Shown here piece after piece: positions 54,068 to 64,000 of a stretch of DNA of 64,000 nt. The stretch's first letter is position 1. Every line of letters begins with the position of its first letter. The DNA comes from Gemmatimonadota bacterium (GTDB taxonomy: Bacteria > Gemmatimonadota > Gemmatimonadetes > Gemmatimonadales > GWC2-71-9). The position numbers and the translations under genes are program-made. Location of the stretch: the NCBI GenBank assembly GCA_031367105.1, contig JANLPG010000120.1, forward strand, positions 12,016 through 76,015, read 5' to 3'. The notes beneath the pieces are model-generated. The model searched no databases and was not told the origin of the DNA. It was given only the letters and a program-made list of their open reading frames with translations.

Positions 54068-56034
54068 TGGCGAAGCCCGCTGCGCGTATCGCCGTGTTGC
54101 AGCTGCTTCTGGCGCTCGGAGGCGCCGCAGTGCTCTGGAAGGCGTTCAAGTTGCAGATCGTGGAGCACGCTGCGTGGAGCGGCCGAGCCGACAAATATCG
54201 CTATCGGACGAGTCCGGTGCCGGCACCTCGCGGCCGAATCTACGACCGCAATGGCGTGCCGCTGGCCGTGACCGATGAAGGCTACCGCATCGCTGTTGCC
54301 CAGAATCAGCTGCGCGATACGGCCAAGGTGATGGCGCTCCTGATCACCAAGCTCGGGATTCCCCGTGAGCAAGTGGTCAAGGAATTCGGCGACAACGATG
54401 CCTACTTCAACACCCTCTACTCGGCGAGTCAGGTCGAGCCGCTGCGCCGCATCAAGGGCGTGTATCTGCAGTCGGTCCGGGAGCGCACCTACCCGGTGAA
54501 GGCGCTCGCGGCGCCGCTGCTCGGTCGCCTCGATGATCAAGGGCGCCCCTCCGGCGGCATTGAGCGGATGCTCGACACCTTGCTGGAGGGTACACCCGGC
54601 GAATCGCGCTATCAGCTCGATCGCGCCGGGCGACTGCTCGAAGTCCCGGAATCACGGCTCCGTGATCCACTCCCGGGCCGGGATGTCTACCTCACCATCG
54701 ACCGGAATGTCCAGGCGATCGCCGAGGGCGCCCTGCGTCGTACGGTGGTACAGAGCAAGGCCCGCGGCGGCGATGTGGTGATCCTCGATCTTCGCACCGG
54801 TGAGCTGATCGCGATCGCCTCGCTGCGGAGCGATCCCGGCAGTGGTCAGCCGGTCCCCACCCCTTCGGCACTGGTCGAACCGTTCGAACCCGGCTCCACT
54901 TCCAAGATCTTCACCGCGGCAGCAGTCCTCCGTTCGGCACGCGACACCGCCCCGGTCTCCGGGATGGGTGGCATCTGGAATATGCCGGTGAGCGCGACGC
55001 GGACTCGCCCGATCATCGACGAACACAAGACCACCGCACTGCTCACGCTGGGGGAGGCGATCAAGTATTCCAGCAACATCGCAATGTCGCAGTTCGCGAT
55101 GAAGCTCTCGGGCGAGGCGCAATACCGGACGATCCGTGATTTCGGCTTTGGAACGCCTCCGGGAATCGGGTTCCCCGGGGAGTCGCCCGGCGGGATCGCG
55201 CTCCCCGCCCAGAGTGCCAACCTGCGTTACACGCAGCCGTCGTGGGCGCAGGGATACGAATGGACCACGACGGCGCTCCAGATGGCAACGGGGTATGCGG
55301 CGATCGCCAACGATGGCATCCTGCTCGCCCCGCAGCTGTTGCGTGAGGTCCGCGATGGACTCACGGGCAGGGTGCTCTTTCGCGCCCGGCCCGAAGTCGT
55401 CCGCCGTGCGGTTCCGACGGAAATAGCCCGCCGCCTGCGCGAGTACCTCACACTCGCGACGGACAGCGGTGGCACCGGCACGCGTGCCCAGCTGGACGTC
55501 TACTCGGTGATCGGCAAGACCGGAACCGCGACGCTCAAGCCGTACGGCCCTGGGAACTACCGCGCCTCGTTCTCGGGGATCTTCCCTGGCGACGACCCTC
55601 AATGGGTGGTTTACGTGATGATTGATCACCCGACTGCCGGTTCGCACTTCGGCGGTTTCGTCGCCGCACCGGTTGTGCGTTCGATGCTGCTGCAGGCGCT
55701 TGCGGCCTCGTCGTCGCCCCTCGACCGGAGCCGGATCACCGCGGAGCCTGCTCCCGGGCCGGTCGCGCGCACCGGGTTGCAACTCCCCCCCGCCCGCGCG
55801 GTCACGCGCATCCGCCTGCCCCTGGGCGCAGCGGTGCTGGCCGGCACACCGGCTTGGATCCCGGTTCCGAGCCTGGCTGGCAGTTCGGTCCGCGATGCTG
55901 CGTACGCCTTGCACCGGCTCGGCCTCGAGGTGCGGTTGAGCGGGCAGGGTCGGGTGCGTTCCACGTTACCTGCCGCGGGCGACAGCGCGACTCGCGGCAC
56001 TCCCGTCACCATTTACGCCGACACATCGCGATGA
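54067..56034 (+). CDS. ftsI: Class B penicillin-binding protein (FtsI-like) with PASTA domain
   Basis: RGRIYDRNG, EPGSTSK (SxxK), SSN, GKTGT. Confidence 0.92.
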   Translation: MAKPAARIAVLQLLLALGGAAVLWKAFKLQIVEHAAWSGRADKYRYRTSPVPAPRGRIYDRNGVPLAVTDEGYRIAVAQNQLRDTAKVMALLITKLGIPREQVVKEFGDNDAYFNTLYSASQVEPLRRIKGVYLQSVRERTYPVKALAAPLLGRLDDQGRPSGGIERMLDTLLEGTPGESRYQLDRAGRLLEVPESRLRDPLPGRDVYLTIDRNVQAIAEGALRRTVVQSKARGGDVVILDLRTGELIAIASLRSDPGSGQPVPTPSALVEPFEPGSTSKIFTAAAVLRSARDTAPVSGMGGIWNMPVSATRTRPIIDEHKTTALLTLGEAIKYSSNIAMSQFAMKLSGEAQYRTIRDFGFGTPPGIGFPGESPGGIALPAQSANLRYTQPSWAQGYEWTTTALQMATGYAAIANDGILLAPQLLREVRDGLTGRVLFRARPEVVRRAVPTEIARRLREYLTLATDSGGTGTRAQLDVYSVIGKTGTATLKPYGPGNYRASFSGIFPGDDPQWVVYVMIDHPTAGSHFGGFVAAPVVRSMLLQALAASSSPLDRSRITAEPAPGPVARTGLQLPPARAVTRIRLPLGAAVLAGTPAWIPVPSLAGSSVRDAAYALHRLGLEVRLSGQGRVRSTLPAAGDSATRGTPVTIYADTSR

Positions 56035-57479
56035 CCCTGCACGAGCTGGTTCGCCTGCTCCGTTCCCACGACCTTGTGATCCGCTCGAGCGACGACGATC
56101 TCGCGGTGAGTGCCCTCGCACTGGATTCGCGGCAGGTCGTTCCGGGAGCCCTGTTCATTGCCGTGCGTGGCCCAGCAGTCGATGGACACCGTTTCATCGC
56201 CAACGCGGTTGCGGCGGGGGCAGTCGCGGTCGTGACGGAAGCGGAGTGCACACTCGGGGTGCCCGTGGTGGTCGTTCGCGATGGTCAGCAGGCGGCGCAC
56301 CTCCTTGCCGAATGCTGGTATGGGCACCCCGCGAGTGCGTTGCAGCTCACCGGGGTCACCGGAACAAACGGCAAGACGACGACGACCGCGTTGCTGCGGC
56401 ACTTGCTCAACGCCGCCGGCGACGCCGGGAGCATCGGCACGCTTGGTGCCTTCGATGGCAGTGGCCGTGCGGTTCCGTCGACCGCTGGCTCGCTCACGAC
56501 GCCGGGCCCGCTCGATCTGCAGGCGACGCTGCGCGAGCTCGTCGCGGCAGGCGTGCGCCGGGTGGCGATGGAGACGTCTTCGCACGCACTCGATCAGGGC
56601 CGCCTCGACGGGCTGACGTTTGCGGCCGGGATCTTCACCAACCTGACCCGCGACCATCTCGATTACCACCTCACGATGGAGCAGTATCTCGCCGCGAAAC
56701 TGCGGCTCGCCGAGCTGGTGTCCGGCGACGGTGTGCTCGCGGTCAACGCCGATGATTCGGCCTGGACGTCGCTGCACGGTGATTCCCGGACGATCACGTG
56801 GGGCGCTTCGGCCGACGCGACCGTGCGTGTCGAAGCGGTGATGTCGGTGGCCGCAGGAAGCCGCTTCACGTTGTCCGGTCGCTTCGGTCGCGCGGAAGTT
56901 GCGATTCCGTTCCCGGGTGATTTCAATGTCGCCAATGCTGCTGGCGCTGCCGCCGCCGCGCTCGGGCTCGGCATCGCGCTTCCCACGGTCGCCGAACGAC
57001 TTGGCTCTGCACCGCAGGTGCCCGGCCGGATGGAAAAACTCGTCGACGCCCCGTTTCACGTATTGCGCGACTATGCCCACACCCCCGATGCCCTGGAACG
57101 CGCCCTCGCCACGCTCCGGCCCCTGACACCGCGCCGATTGATTGTCGTCTTCGGCTGTGGCGGCGACCGCGACAAGGGGAAGCGACCGCTGATGGGGCAG
57201 ATCGCCGCCGCGGGCGCCGACTATGCCATCGTGACCTCCGACAACCCGCGGACCGAAGACCCCGAACGGATCATCGACGACATCGTCGCCGGGATGCCAC
57301 GCAGCGGCTGGGAGCGGGAGAGCGACCGCTACGTCGCGATCGCGCTCGCACTGGGGCAGGCGGGCCCGGGGGATGCCGTGCTGCTGGCCGGCAAGGGGCA
57401 CGAGAGCTATCAGGTCGTCGGCACTGCTTCCCTCCCCTTCGACGAGCGCGCAATTGTGCTCGGCCTTCTGGGTCGTTGA
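56031..57479 (+). CDS. murE: UDP-MurNAc-tripeptide synthetase (meso-DAP type)
   Basis: GVTGTNGKTT, METSSH, TNLTRDHLDYH, DYAHTPD, DNPR, AGKGHE. Confidence 0.96.
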   Translation: MTLHELVRLLRSHDLVIRSSDDDLAVSALALDSRQVVPGALFIAVRGPAVDGHRFIANAVAAGAVAVVTEAECTLGVPVVVVRDGQQAAHLLAECWYGHPASALQLTGVTGTNGKTTTTALLRHLLNAAGDAGSIGTLGAFDGSGRAVPSTAGSLTTPGPLDLQATLRELVAAGVRRVAMETSSHALDQGRLDGLTFAAGIFTNLTRDHLDYHLTMEQYLAAKLRLAELVSGDGVLAVNADDSAWTSLHGDSRTITWGASADATVRVEAVMSVAAGSRFTLSGRFGRAEVAIPFPGDFNVANAAGAAAAALGLGIALPTVAERLGSAPQVPGRMEKLVDAPFHVLRDYAHTPDALERALATLRPLTPRRLIVVFGCGGDRDKGKRPLMGQIAAAGADYAIVTSDNPRTEDPERIIDDIVAGMPRSGWERESDRYVAIALALGQAGPGDAVLLAGKGHESYQVVGTASLPFDERAIVLGLLGR

Positions 57480-58831
57480 CGGTGCGCTTCCCCGACGCGT
57501 GGGTGCGAGCCGCTCTCGACCTTCCCGGGAGTGCCGCAGTCAGCTTCGCCGCGGTGGTGACCGACTCGCGCGCCATGGTGCCGAATGCACTCTTCGTCGC
57601 ATTGCGGGGTGAGCGGTTCGATGCCCACCATTTTCTCGAGGGCGCACGAGCGGCCGGCGCGTCCGGCGCGGTCGTCGTGACGGTCACGCCACCGGTCCCG
57701 GGCCTGATTCTGTACCACGTGGCCGACACCCTCCACGCGCTGGGTGACCTCGGCAACGCGGCTCGCAAAGGGATCGCCGGCCCGGTCATCGGCATCACCG
57801 GGCAGAACGGCAAGACCTCCACCAAGGAGATGGTCGCGGCAGTGCTGGGGACCCGCTGGCGCACCCATCGTACTCGCGCCAACCTCAACAACCTGATCGG
57901 GGTGCCCCAAACGATTCTCGAGGCGCCCGAAGGCACCGAGGCGCTGGTAGTCGAAGCCGGCGCCAATCTCCCCGGCGAGATCGCGCGCTACCGCGAGATC
58001 ATCGCGCCCGACATCGCGATCGTCACCAACGCGGGTGCAGGGCACCTCGAAGGCTTCGGAAGCGTCGCCGCGGTGGTGCACGAGAAACTGGCGCTGACCC
58101 GGGACGTGCCCCTCGCCATCGTGGGGGTCACGCCGCCGGAATTGGCGCCCGGCGCCCGGGAGCGGCTGGCCGCTCGCGTGATGACCGCCGGGCTTGCCGA
58201 CGCAGATGTGGCACCGGAGCGGGTCGAGTGCGCTGCCGATGGTCGACCGATCATCACCATCGACGGACGGACCTTTACCCTGGCAGCGCGAGGCAGGCAC
58301 CAGGCGGGCAACGCGATGTTCGCGTGGGCAGTCGCACGTGAACTGGGTCTCGATCTTGACGACGCAGCCCGGGCGCTGGAATCGTTCAGCGTGCCTGGGG
58401 GGCGCGGCGAGTTGAGCCAGCACGGCACGTTGACGGTGTTGAATGACAGCTACAACGCCAACCCCCAATCGTTCGCCACCGCGATCGCGCTGGCCCAGGA
58501 TCTCCGGGCCGGGCGCCGGCTGGTCTTCGTCGCGGGGACGATGCGGGAGCTGGGCGACGAAGCCCCGGCCTTCCACGCCGCCGTGGCGGAGGAACTTGCC
58601 CGGTTGCAGCCCGATCTCCTCGCCGTGGTGGGTGAGTTCGTCGCCGCGTTCGCGCCGTGGCGAGCGCAGTTTGCCGGTCGGCTGATCGAGGCGTCCGATG
58701 CCGAGGCGATGGGGCCGCTGCTTGCCGCACGGCTGCAGGGGGACGAGCTGGTGGTCCTCAAGGCTTCGCGGGGGGTGGCCCTCGAACGTATTCTTCCCGC
58801 GATTCTCCCCCGCGCCGCTACCAACGCCTGA
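57476..58831 (+). CDS. murF: UDP-MurNAc-pentapeptide synthetase
   Basis: TDSR, ITGQNGKTSTKE, NLNNLIGVP, NDSYNANP.S, M.ELG, LKASRG. Confidence 0.95.
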   Translation: MTVRFPDAWVRAALDLPGSAAVSFAAVVTDSRAMVPNALFVALRGERFDAHHFLEGARAAGASGAVVVTVTPPVPGLILYHVADTLHALGDLGNAARKGIAGPVIGITGQNGKTSTKEMVAAVLGTRWRTHRTRANLNNLIGVPQTILEAPEGTEALVVEAGANLPGEIARYREIIAPDIAIVTNAGAGHLEGFGSVAAVVHEKLALTRDVPLAIVGVTPPELAPGARERLAARVMTAGLADADVAPERVECAADGRPIITIDGRTFTLAARGRHQAGNAMFAWAVARELGLDLDDAARALESFSVPGGRGELSQHGTLTVLNDSYNANPQSFATAIALAQDLRAGRRLVFVAGTMRELGDEAPAFHAAVAEELARLQPDLLAVVGEFVAAFAPWRAQFAGRLIEASDAEAMGPLLAARLQGDELVVLKASRGVALERILPAILPRAATNA

Positions 58832-58837
58832 GGCACG

Positions 58838-59965
58838 ATGCTCTACCATCTGCTCGCGCCGCTCGGCAAGACCAACCTGCTCTTCAACTTGTTCAACTAC
58901 ATCTCGTTCCGTGCTGCCGGAGCGATGGTCACCGCGCTGATCATTGCATTCGTCGTGGGGCCGGGGATCATTGCGAAGCTGCGGGAGCTGAAGGTGGGGC
59001 AGGTGATCAGGGCGGAGGGTCCGGCGACGCATCAGGTGAAGCGTGGGACGCCCACCATGGGGGGGCTGATCATCATCGCGGCGACGGTCATCCCGACGTT
59101 GCTCTGGGCACCGATCACCAATCGTTTCGTGATGGTCACGGTTATCGCAATGCTCTGGTGCGGTGCCATCGGTTTCGTCGATGACTATCTCAAGGTGGTC
59201 GAGGGACGTCCCCGCGGGCTGGTCGCGAAGTGGAAGCTGATCGGCCAGGTGAGTTTCGGCGTCACCCTCGGCGTGATGCTGGTCCAGTGGCCGGTGGTTC
59301 CGCCGGCCACCATCCCCGCGGCCGCCACAACGGTGCCATTTTTCAAGTATCTGCTGGTCACCTTCGCGCCGTGGCTCTATGTGCTCTTCGTCACCGGTGT
59401 GGTGACCGGATTCTCCAACGCCGTGAACCTCACCGACGGCCTGGACGGTCTGGCCACCGGACTTTCGATGATCGCCGCGGGGGCATTCGCCTTCTTCGCG
59501 TATGTGCTGGGGCGAATCGATACCACGGGCTACCTGAATCTCTTCTATCTCCCCGGGTCGGGTGAGCTGGCGGTCTTCTGCGCGGCACTGATGGGGGCCT
59601 GCCTCGGCTTCCTCTGGTTCAATGCCCACCCTGCCAAGGTGTTCATGGGCGACACCGGGTCGCTCGCACTTGGTGGCGCCTTCGGTACCATCGCCATCCT
59701 GTTGAAATCGGAGTTCCTGCTGGTCATCGTTGGGGGCGTCTTCGTCACCGAGGCGGTCTCGGTGATGCTGCAGACATCTGTCTACAAGTATTTCAAGCAC
59801 TCGCGCGGCCGTGAGTACGCCGATGCCCATCGCGTGTTCCGGATGGCGCCGCTCCACCACCACTTCGAGAAGCTGGGCTGGGCCGAAACCACGGTGGTCG
59901 TCCGCTTCTGGATTCTTGGCATCTTTTGCGCGCTCGCCGCGTTTGCGACGCTCAAGCTGCGATGA
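58838..59965 (+). CDS. mraY: Phospho-N-acetylmuramoyl-pentapeptide transferase
   Basis: GTPTMGG, DDYLK, NAVNLTDGLDGL, FMGDTGSL, APLHHHFE. Confidence 0.97.
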   Translation: MLYHLLAPLGKTNLLFNLFNYISFRAAGAMVTALIIAFVVGPGIIAKLRELKVGQVIRAEGPATHQVKRGTPTMGGLIIIAATVIPTLLWAPITNRFVMVTVIAMLWCGAIGFVDDYLKVVEGRPRGLVAKWKLIGQVSFGVTLGVMLVQWPVVPPATIPAAATTVPFFKYLLVTFAPWLYVLFVTGVVTGFSNAVNLTDGLDGLATGLSMIAAGAFAFFAYVLGRIDTTGYLNLFYLPGSGELAVFCAALMGACLGFLWFNAHPAKVFMGDTGSLALGGAFGTIAILLKSEFLLVIVGGVFVTEAVSVMLQTSVYKYFKHSRGREYADAHRVFRMAPLHHHFEKLGWAETTVVVRFWILGIFCALAAFATLKLR

Positions 59966-61263
59966 GTCGGATCACGGAGTGGCGTGAGGGGCAGCGCGAG
60001 GTCAGTGTCGCCGGGCTGGGGCGGAGTGGCAGTGCGGCGGTGCAATTGCTCGAGGCGAATGGCATCGCGGTGTACGCTTCCGACGCGGCCAAGGGCGGGC
60101 ACGATCTCCTCCGCATCGCCCGGAGCGCGGCCCTGATCCTCTCCCCTGGCATTCCGCCGGAGTCGGAGGTGGTGCGAGCCGCCACCAACGCCGGCATCCC
60201 GGTGCTCGCCGAGGCCCAGCTGGGATTGGATGCCCTCGCCGGCGTCCCCTACGTGGCCATCACCGGGACCAACGGGAAAACGACCACGACGGCGCTCGTC
60301 GATCACATCTTCCGGACCGCCGGAAAACAGTCGGTCGCAGCGGGCAACATCGGGCTGGCGCTCTCCGCCGTGGCGCTGCGACGGCCGCGGCCCGATTGGC
60401 TCGCGGTGGAGCTGTCCTCGTTCCAGTTGCACGACTCGCCTGCACTGGCTCCCACGGTCGGGATCCTCACTAACCTCGCCCCCGATCACCTTGATCGCTA
60501 TCCGACGCTTGAGTCCTACTACGCCGACAAGGCGCGTCTCTTCGCGAATGCGTCGCCCGCGTCGATCTGGGTCAGCAATCTCGATGATCGCGATTCCCGC
60601 ACGATGGTCGCTGGCGTGCCGGGACGACACCTCGCGTTCACCACCCTGCCCGGGGTGACGGCCGATGCCTGGTTTGCTCACGAGGCACAGCACCTGATGC
60701 TGGGGGGACGACCGCTGCTTGTGAGAGGCCAGTTACCCCTGCTCGGTGACCACAATGTGGCCAATGCGTTGGCTGCCGCGCTGGCGGTCCACGCAGTGGG
60801 TGTGCACCCCGACGTCATCGGACGTGGGCTCGCCTCCTTTCACGCCCTGATGCACCGAGTCGAGCCAGTGCGCGAAGTGGATGGTGTGCTCTGGATCAAC
60901 GACTCGAAGGCGACCAATGTCTCGTCGACGCTCGTGGCCGTCCAGGCGATGATGCGCCCGTACATTCTCCTGCTCGGTGGGCGACACAAGGGTGAACCGT
61001 ACACCGCCCTACGCGAGTCCCTCCGGCCCCGGTGTGCCGGGGTCGTCGCCTACGGCGAAGCCGCAGAGCGCATCGTGCACGACCTGGCCGGCGAGCTCAA
61101 CGTCGTGCGGAGCGGGAGTTTCGAAGAGGTGATCGCGACGGCGCGTCGCCTCGCGCCACAGGGTGGTGCCGTGCTGCTCTCGCCGGCCTGTTCGAGCTAC
61201 GATATGTTCACCAACTATGAGGAGCGCGGCGCAACATTTCGCCGACTCGTCGAGGCAATGTGA
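59962..61263 (+). CDS. murD: UDP-MurNAc-L-Ala:D-Glu ligase
   Basis: GLGRSG, SPGI, TGTNGKTTT, ELSSFQL, DHLDRY, NDSKATN, LSPAC.S.D. Confidence 0.95.
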   Translation: MSRITEWREGQREVSVAGLGRSGSAAVQLLEANGIAVYASDAAKGGHDLLRIARSAALILSPGIPPESEVVRAATNAGIPVLAEAQLGLDALAGVPYVAITGTNGKTTTTALVDHIFRTAGKQSVAAGNIGLALSAVALRRPRPDWLAVELSSFQLHDSPALAPTVGILTNLAPDHLDRYPTLESYYADKARLFANASPASIWVSNLDDRDSRTMVAGVPGRHLAFTTLPGVTADAWFAHEAQHLMLGGRPLLVRGQLPLLGDHNVANALAAALAVHAVGVHPDVIGRGLASFHALMHRVEPVREVDGVLWINDSKATNVSSTLVAVQAMMRPYILLLGGRHKGEPYTALRESLRPRCAGVVAYGEAAERIVHDLAGELNVVRSGSFEEVIATARRLAPQGGAVLLSPACSSYDMFTNYEERGATFRRLVEAM

Positions 61264-62408
61264 GCTCGCCGAACGTTCGCCACCCCGGGGAGTACCGCTG
61301 GGAGACCCGGCTGCTGGCTGTTGTCACCCTGACCCTCACCGGCTTCGGGGTCGCGAACTGCCTCGCCGCTGGCACCTATCTGGCATCGTCCTACCGCGAA
61401 GCAACTCAGCAGGCACTGGCTGCACTGGTTGGCGGCGTGGTGTTCATCGTCGCCGCAAATACCGACTATCAGCTCTGGCGCCGCATCGCGAAGCCTCTCC
61501 TCATCGCGACGATCGGGGCGCTCACGCTGATCGCGATTCCGGCGTTGCTCTATGGGAAGCGGCCCGCCCCCGGGCCGATCGAAGCACTCTTCCCGCTGCA
61601 CTTCGGTGCGCGACGCTGGCTCCGCCTGGGAGTACAGATCCAGATGTCGGAAATCGCACGCTTCACGCTGGCGGCGTGGCTGGCAGCACGGTTGGCCGAC
61701 ATCGGCACCAGGGTGCGGAATCTGCAGGAAGGGCTGCTGCCATTGATCGGCGTTGTCACACTCACCGCCGGGTTGGTCGCGGTGGAGCCATCGGTGACGA
61801 TGGCGGTAGTCATCACCCTGATCTCCGTCGCCGTCATCTTCACGGCCGGTGCGCGTATCCCGCACTTGCTCGCTCCGGTCGCCCTCGGTATCGCCGCGCT
61901 CGCGGCGATCCTGGTGCTCGACCCGGTGCGTGCCCGGCGCTACCTCGCCCACAGCGATCCGTGCGCCAAAGTCGAGCAGGTGTGCAATTCCCTGATCGGC
62001 CTCGGCAATGGCGGGCTCACCGGCGTGGGATTCGGTCGTGGCACCCAGAAGCTCGGACATCTGCCGTTCAACTACTCCGACTTTCTCCTCTCCGGCGTCG
62101 GCGAGGAGTGGGGCTACGTCGGGGTCATCTTTGTGGCCGTCGGCTTTGCGCTTTTCTGCTGGATGGGCTTCCGGATTGCCAAGACCGCACGTGATCCGTT
62201 CGGGACCTACCTGGCTTCGGGGATTACCCTCGGCATCGGTGTCTCGGCATTTATGCACGCGGCCGTGGTGACCAACCTGATGCCGGCCACCGGCCTGACC
62301 CTGCCATTCATGTCGGCGGGACGCGTCTCCGTCATCGTCTGCCTCTTTTCGGCCGGAGTCCTGGTGTCCATCGGCCGACGACGTGGCCGGCCCGCCCCCG
62401 ACCGATGA
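61260..62408 (+). CDS. ftsW: SEDS family peptidoglycan polymerase FtsW
   Basis: GARRWL, Q.SE, GGLTG.GFG, SDF....GEEWG, P.TGLTLPFMSAG; between murD and murG. Confidence 0.9.
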   Translation: MSSPNVRHPGEYRWETRLLAVVTLTLTGFGVANCLAAGTYLASSYREATQQALAALVGGVVFIVAANTDYQLWRRIAKPLLIATIGALTLIAIPALLYGKRPAPGPIEALFPLHFGARRWLRLGVQIQMSEIARFTLAAWLAARLADIGTRVRNLQEGLLPLIGVVTLTAGLVAVEPSVTMAVVITLISVAVIFTAGARIPHLLAPVALGIAALAAILVLDPVRARRYLAHSDPCAKVEQVCNSLIGLGNGGLTGVGFGRGTQKLGHLPFNYSDFLLSGVGEEWGYVGVIFVAVGFALFCWMGFRIAKTARDPFGTYLASGITLGIGVSAFMHAAVVTNLMPATGLTLPFMSAGRVSVIVCLFSAGVLVSIGRRRGRPAPDR

Positions 62409-63499
62409 CCACTGTCCTCTTCGCGGGCGGTGGAACCGGCGGACATCTGATGCCTGCCCTCGCGATTGCCGCAGAGGTGGGTCGCCATCGACCCGACTGG
62501 CGACTCGTCTTTGCCGGCGCCGAGCGCGGGGTCGAGGCCGATGTCCTGCCCCGGCGCGGCGTGCCGCACCGGCTGCTTCCGCTCGAGCCCCTCTATCGCA
62601 ACGCGTGGTGGCGCAATGCGCGCTGGCTGGTGCAGGGACCGCGACTGATCGGCGCGGTACATCGGTTGCTGGAGGAGGAAAAACCCGCTGCCGTGATCGG
62701 CACCGGTGGCTACGCCAGCGGCCCCGTCGTCTGGGGAGCCACGCGTCGCAAGACGCCCACCGGTATTCTCGAACTCGATGTCCATCCGGGGCTGGCTACA
62801 CGCTTCCTCGCCACCCGGGTGAGCGAGGTCTGGACTGCGACTCCAGAAGCGATGGCAGCCCTGCCGGCTGCGGTCCAATTGCGGACCAGCGTCACCGGCG
62901 CGCCAATCGTCGCGCCAGATCGCGCTCGCCGGGGGGCAGCACTCCTGCGCTTCGGTATCGATGCGTCACGACCCGTGCTGGTCGTGACCGGTGGCAGTCA
63001 GGGCTCGTTGGCGCTGAACCGATTGGTGGCCGAGTGGCTTGCCGCCGGTGGAGGGCAGGAGGTGCAGGTGATCTGGGCCACCGGGCGCGCGACCCACGCC
63101 CAGTTCGCGTTATGGCACCGCCCGCCCGCGGTGACGGTGGTGCCGTTCCTTGAGCCGATGGCCGATGCCTGGGCGGTGGCGGATCTGTGCCTGGCACGCG
63201 CCGGGATGATGACGATCGCAGAACTCTGTGCCTGGGGGATACCTTCGGTGCTGATTCCGCTTCCCACCGCCGCAGCAGACCATCAGGCCCGCAACGCGCG
63301 GGCATCGGAGGCATCGGGAGCAGCCGTACTGCTGCCGGAGGCAGGCCTGACCGCGGCCGCACTCGGAGGCGAGCTCGACGATCTGGTGCGCGACCCGGCG
63401 CGTCGGCTGCAGATGGCGACCGCGGCACGTGCCCGCGGACGGCCCGACGCGGCAGGGGTGATCGCCGAGCACGTGATCCGGCTAGCCAGCGGAGCGTAG
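62405..63499 (+). CDS. murG: Lipid II GlcNAc transferase
   Basis: GGGTGGH..PA, GTGGYASGP, GGSQG, RAG..T..E, HQ..NA. Confidence 0.96.
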   Translation: MTTVLFAGGGTGGHLMPALAIAAEVGRHRPDWRLVFAGAERGVEADVLPRRGVPHRLLPLEPLYRNAWWRNARWLVQGPRLIGAVHRLLEEEKPAAVIGTGGYASGPVVWGATRRKTPTGILELDVHPGLATRFLATRVSEVWTATPEAMAALPAAVQLRTSVTGAPIVAPDRARRGAALLRFGIDASRPVLVVTGGSQGSLALNRLVAEWLAAGGGQEVQVIWATGRATHAQFALWHRPPAVTVVPFLEPMADAWAVADLCLARAGMMTIAELCAWGIPSVLIPLPTAAADHQARNARASEASGAAVLLPEAGLTAAALGGELDDLVRDPARRLQMATAARARGRPDAAGVIAEHVIRLASGA

Positions 63500-63533
63500 C
63501 AGGGTCTCTTCCCGACTATCCGAGGACACGCTG

Positions 63534-64000
63534 ATGTCGAGCAGCAGGCGCACCTTTCTCAGCTCCACCGGCGCAGCGCTCTTCGCGCTCCCGCGGTTCC
63601 CCACGATGCCTACCCGGCGAACGCGTTTCGACGTGGTGATCCGTGGGGGCACGGTAGTCGACGGAAGCGGACAGCCGGGCCTCCTGCGTGATGTTGCGCT
63701 CGCGCAAGGCCGCATTGTCCGCATCGCCCGGCAGATCACCGAGCGTGGGTCACACGAGATTGCGGCGCGCGACCTCGTGGTCGCACCGGGCTTCATCGAC
63801 ATTCACTCCCACGGCGATGGGACGCTGGAGCAGGATGCGCGCGCGGAATCCCTGATTCGCCAGGGAATCACCACGATCGTGGTGGGACAGGATGGTGACT
63901 CCCGCGCGGTTGGCATCGATGATCGTGAATTCCCGTCGCTGTTTGCCGCGCTCGACCGTGGTCACCCCGGTGTCAATGTGGCCGCGATGATCGGACTCGG
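63534..64000 (+). CDS. Tat-exported N-acyl-D-amino-acid deacylase family protein, 3'-truncated by window edge
   Basis: Absent from ORF track; translates MSSSRRTFLSST...FDVVIRGGTVVDGSG...VAPGFIDIHSHGD...RQGITTIVVGQDG; GAGGA RBS. Confidence 0.85.
   Translation, partial: MSSSRRTFLSSTGAALFALPRFPTMPTRRTRFDVVIRGGTVVDGSGQPGLLRDVALAQGRIVRIARQITERGSHEIAARDLVVAPGFIDIHSHGDGTLEQDARAESLIRQGITTIVVGQDGDSRAVGIDDREFPSLFAALDRGHPGVNVAAMIGL

Noticed and set aside
57410..59863. Long antisense ORFs (also 26756-28723, 10630-12342, 6471-8033, 46747-48192)
   Set aside because: Shadows of well-supported + strand genes in GC-rich DNA, with no recognisable motifs

Overview
GC-rich bacterial chromosome segment, almost entirely + strand. 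Gene content and order suggest Gemmatimonadota (inference). Housekeeping blocks: thiolase-hbd-Leu dehydrogenase; rpiB-glyA; nnr-thiL-eno-ftsB-tRNA-Met; fahA-pdxH-CDF-tilS-hpt-ftsH-folP; yggS-ileS-dksA-lspA-rluD; tRNA-Val and tRNA-Asp; and a dcw cluster (rsmH to murG) with no adjacent mraZ. Two regions stand out. (1) A tightly coupled ~12.8 kb signalling cluster (38046-50830) joins a receptor-less CheW/CheY/CheA/CheC core to TPR and DUF4388 proteins, three Roadblock/MglB domains, an MglA-like GTPase lacking its catalytic residues, and a protein made of two DnaA-type AAA+ domains with no DNA-binding domain. This is the best candidate for an undescribed polarity or cell-cycle system. (2) An accessory patch after tRNA-Met carries an orphan KaiC followed in the same frame, after one TAA, by a SAM methyltransferase whose apparent start codon is ATC, plus BKACE, GNAT, bactofilin and a FliA-like sigma factor. 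Intergenic DNA holds two ~120 bp REP/MITE-like elements, CCATCAT heptamer arrays and several apparently leaderless promoters. No CRISPR array, rRNA, integrase or transposase was seen. Family assignments come from motif recognition by eye, not database searches.
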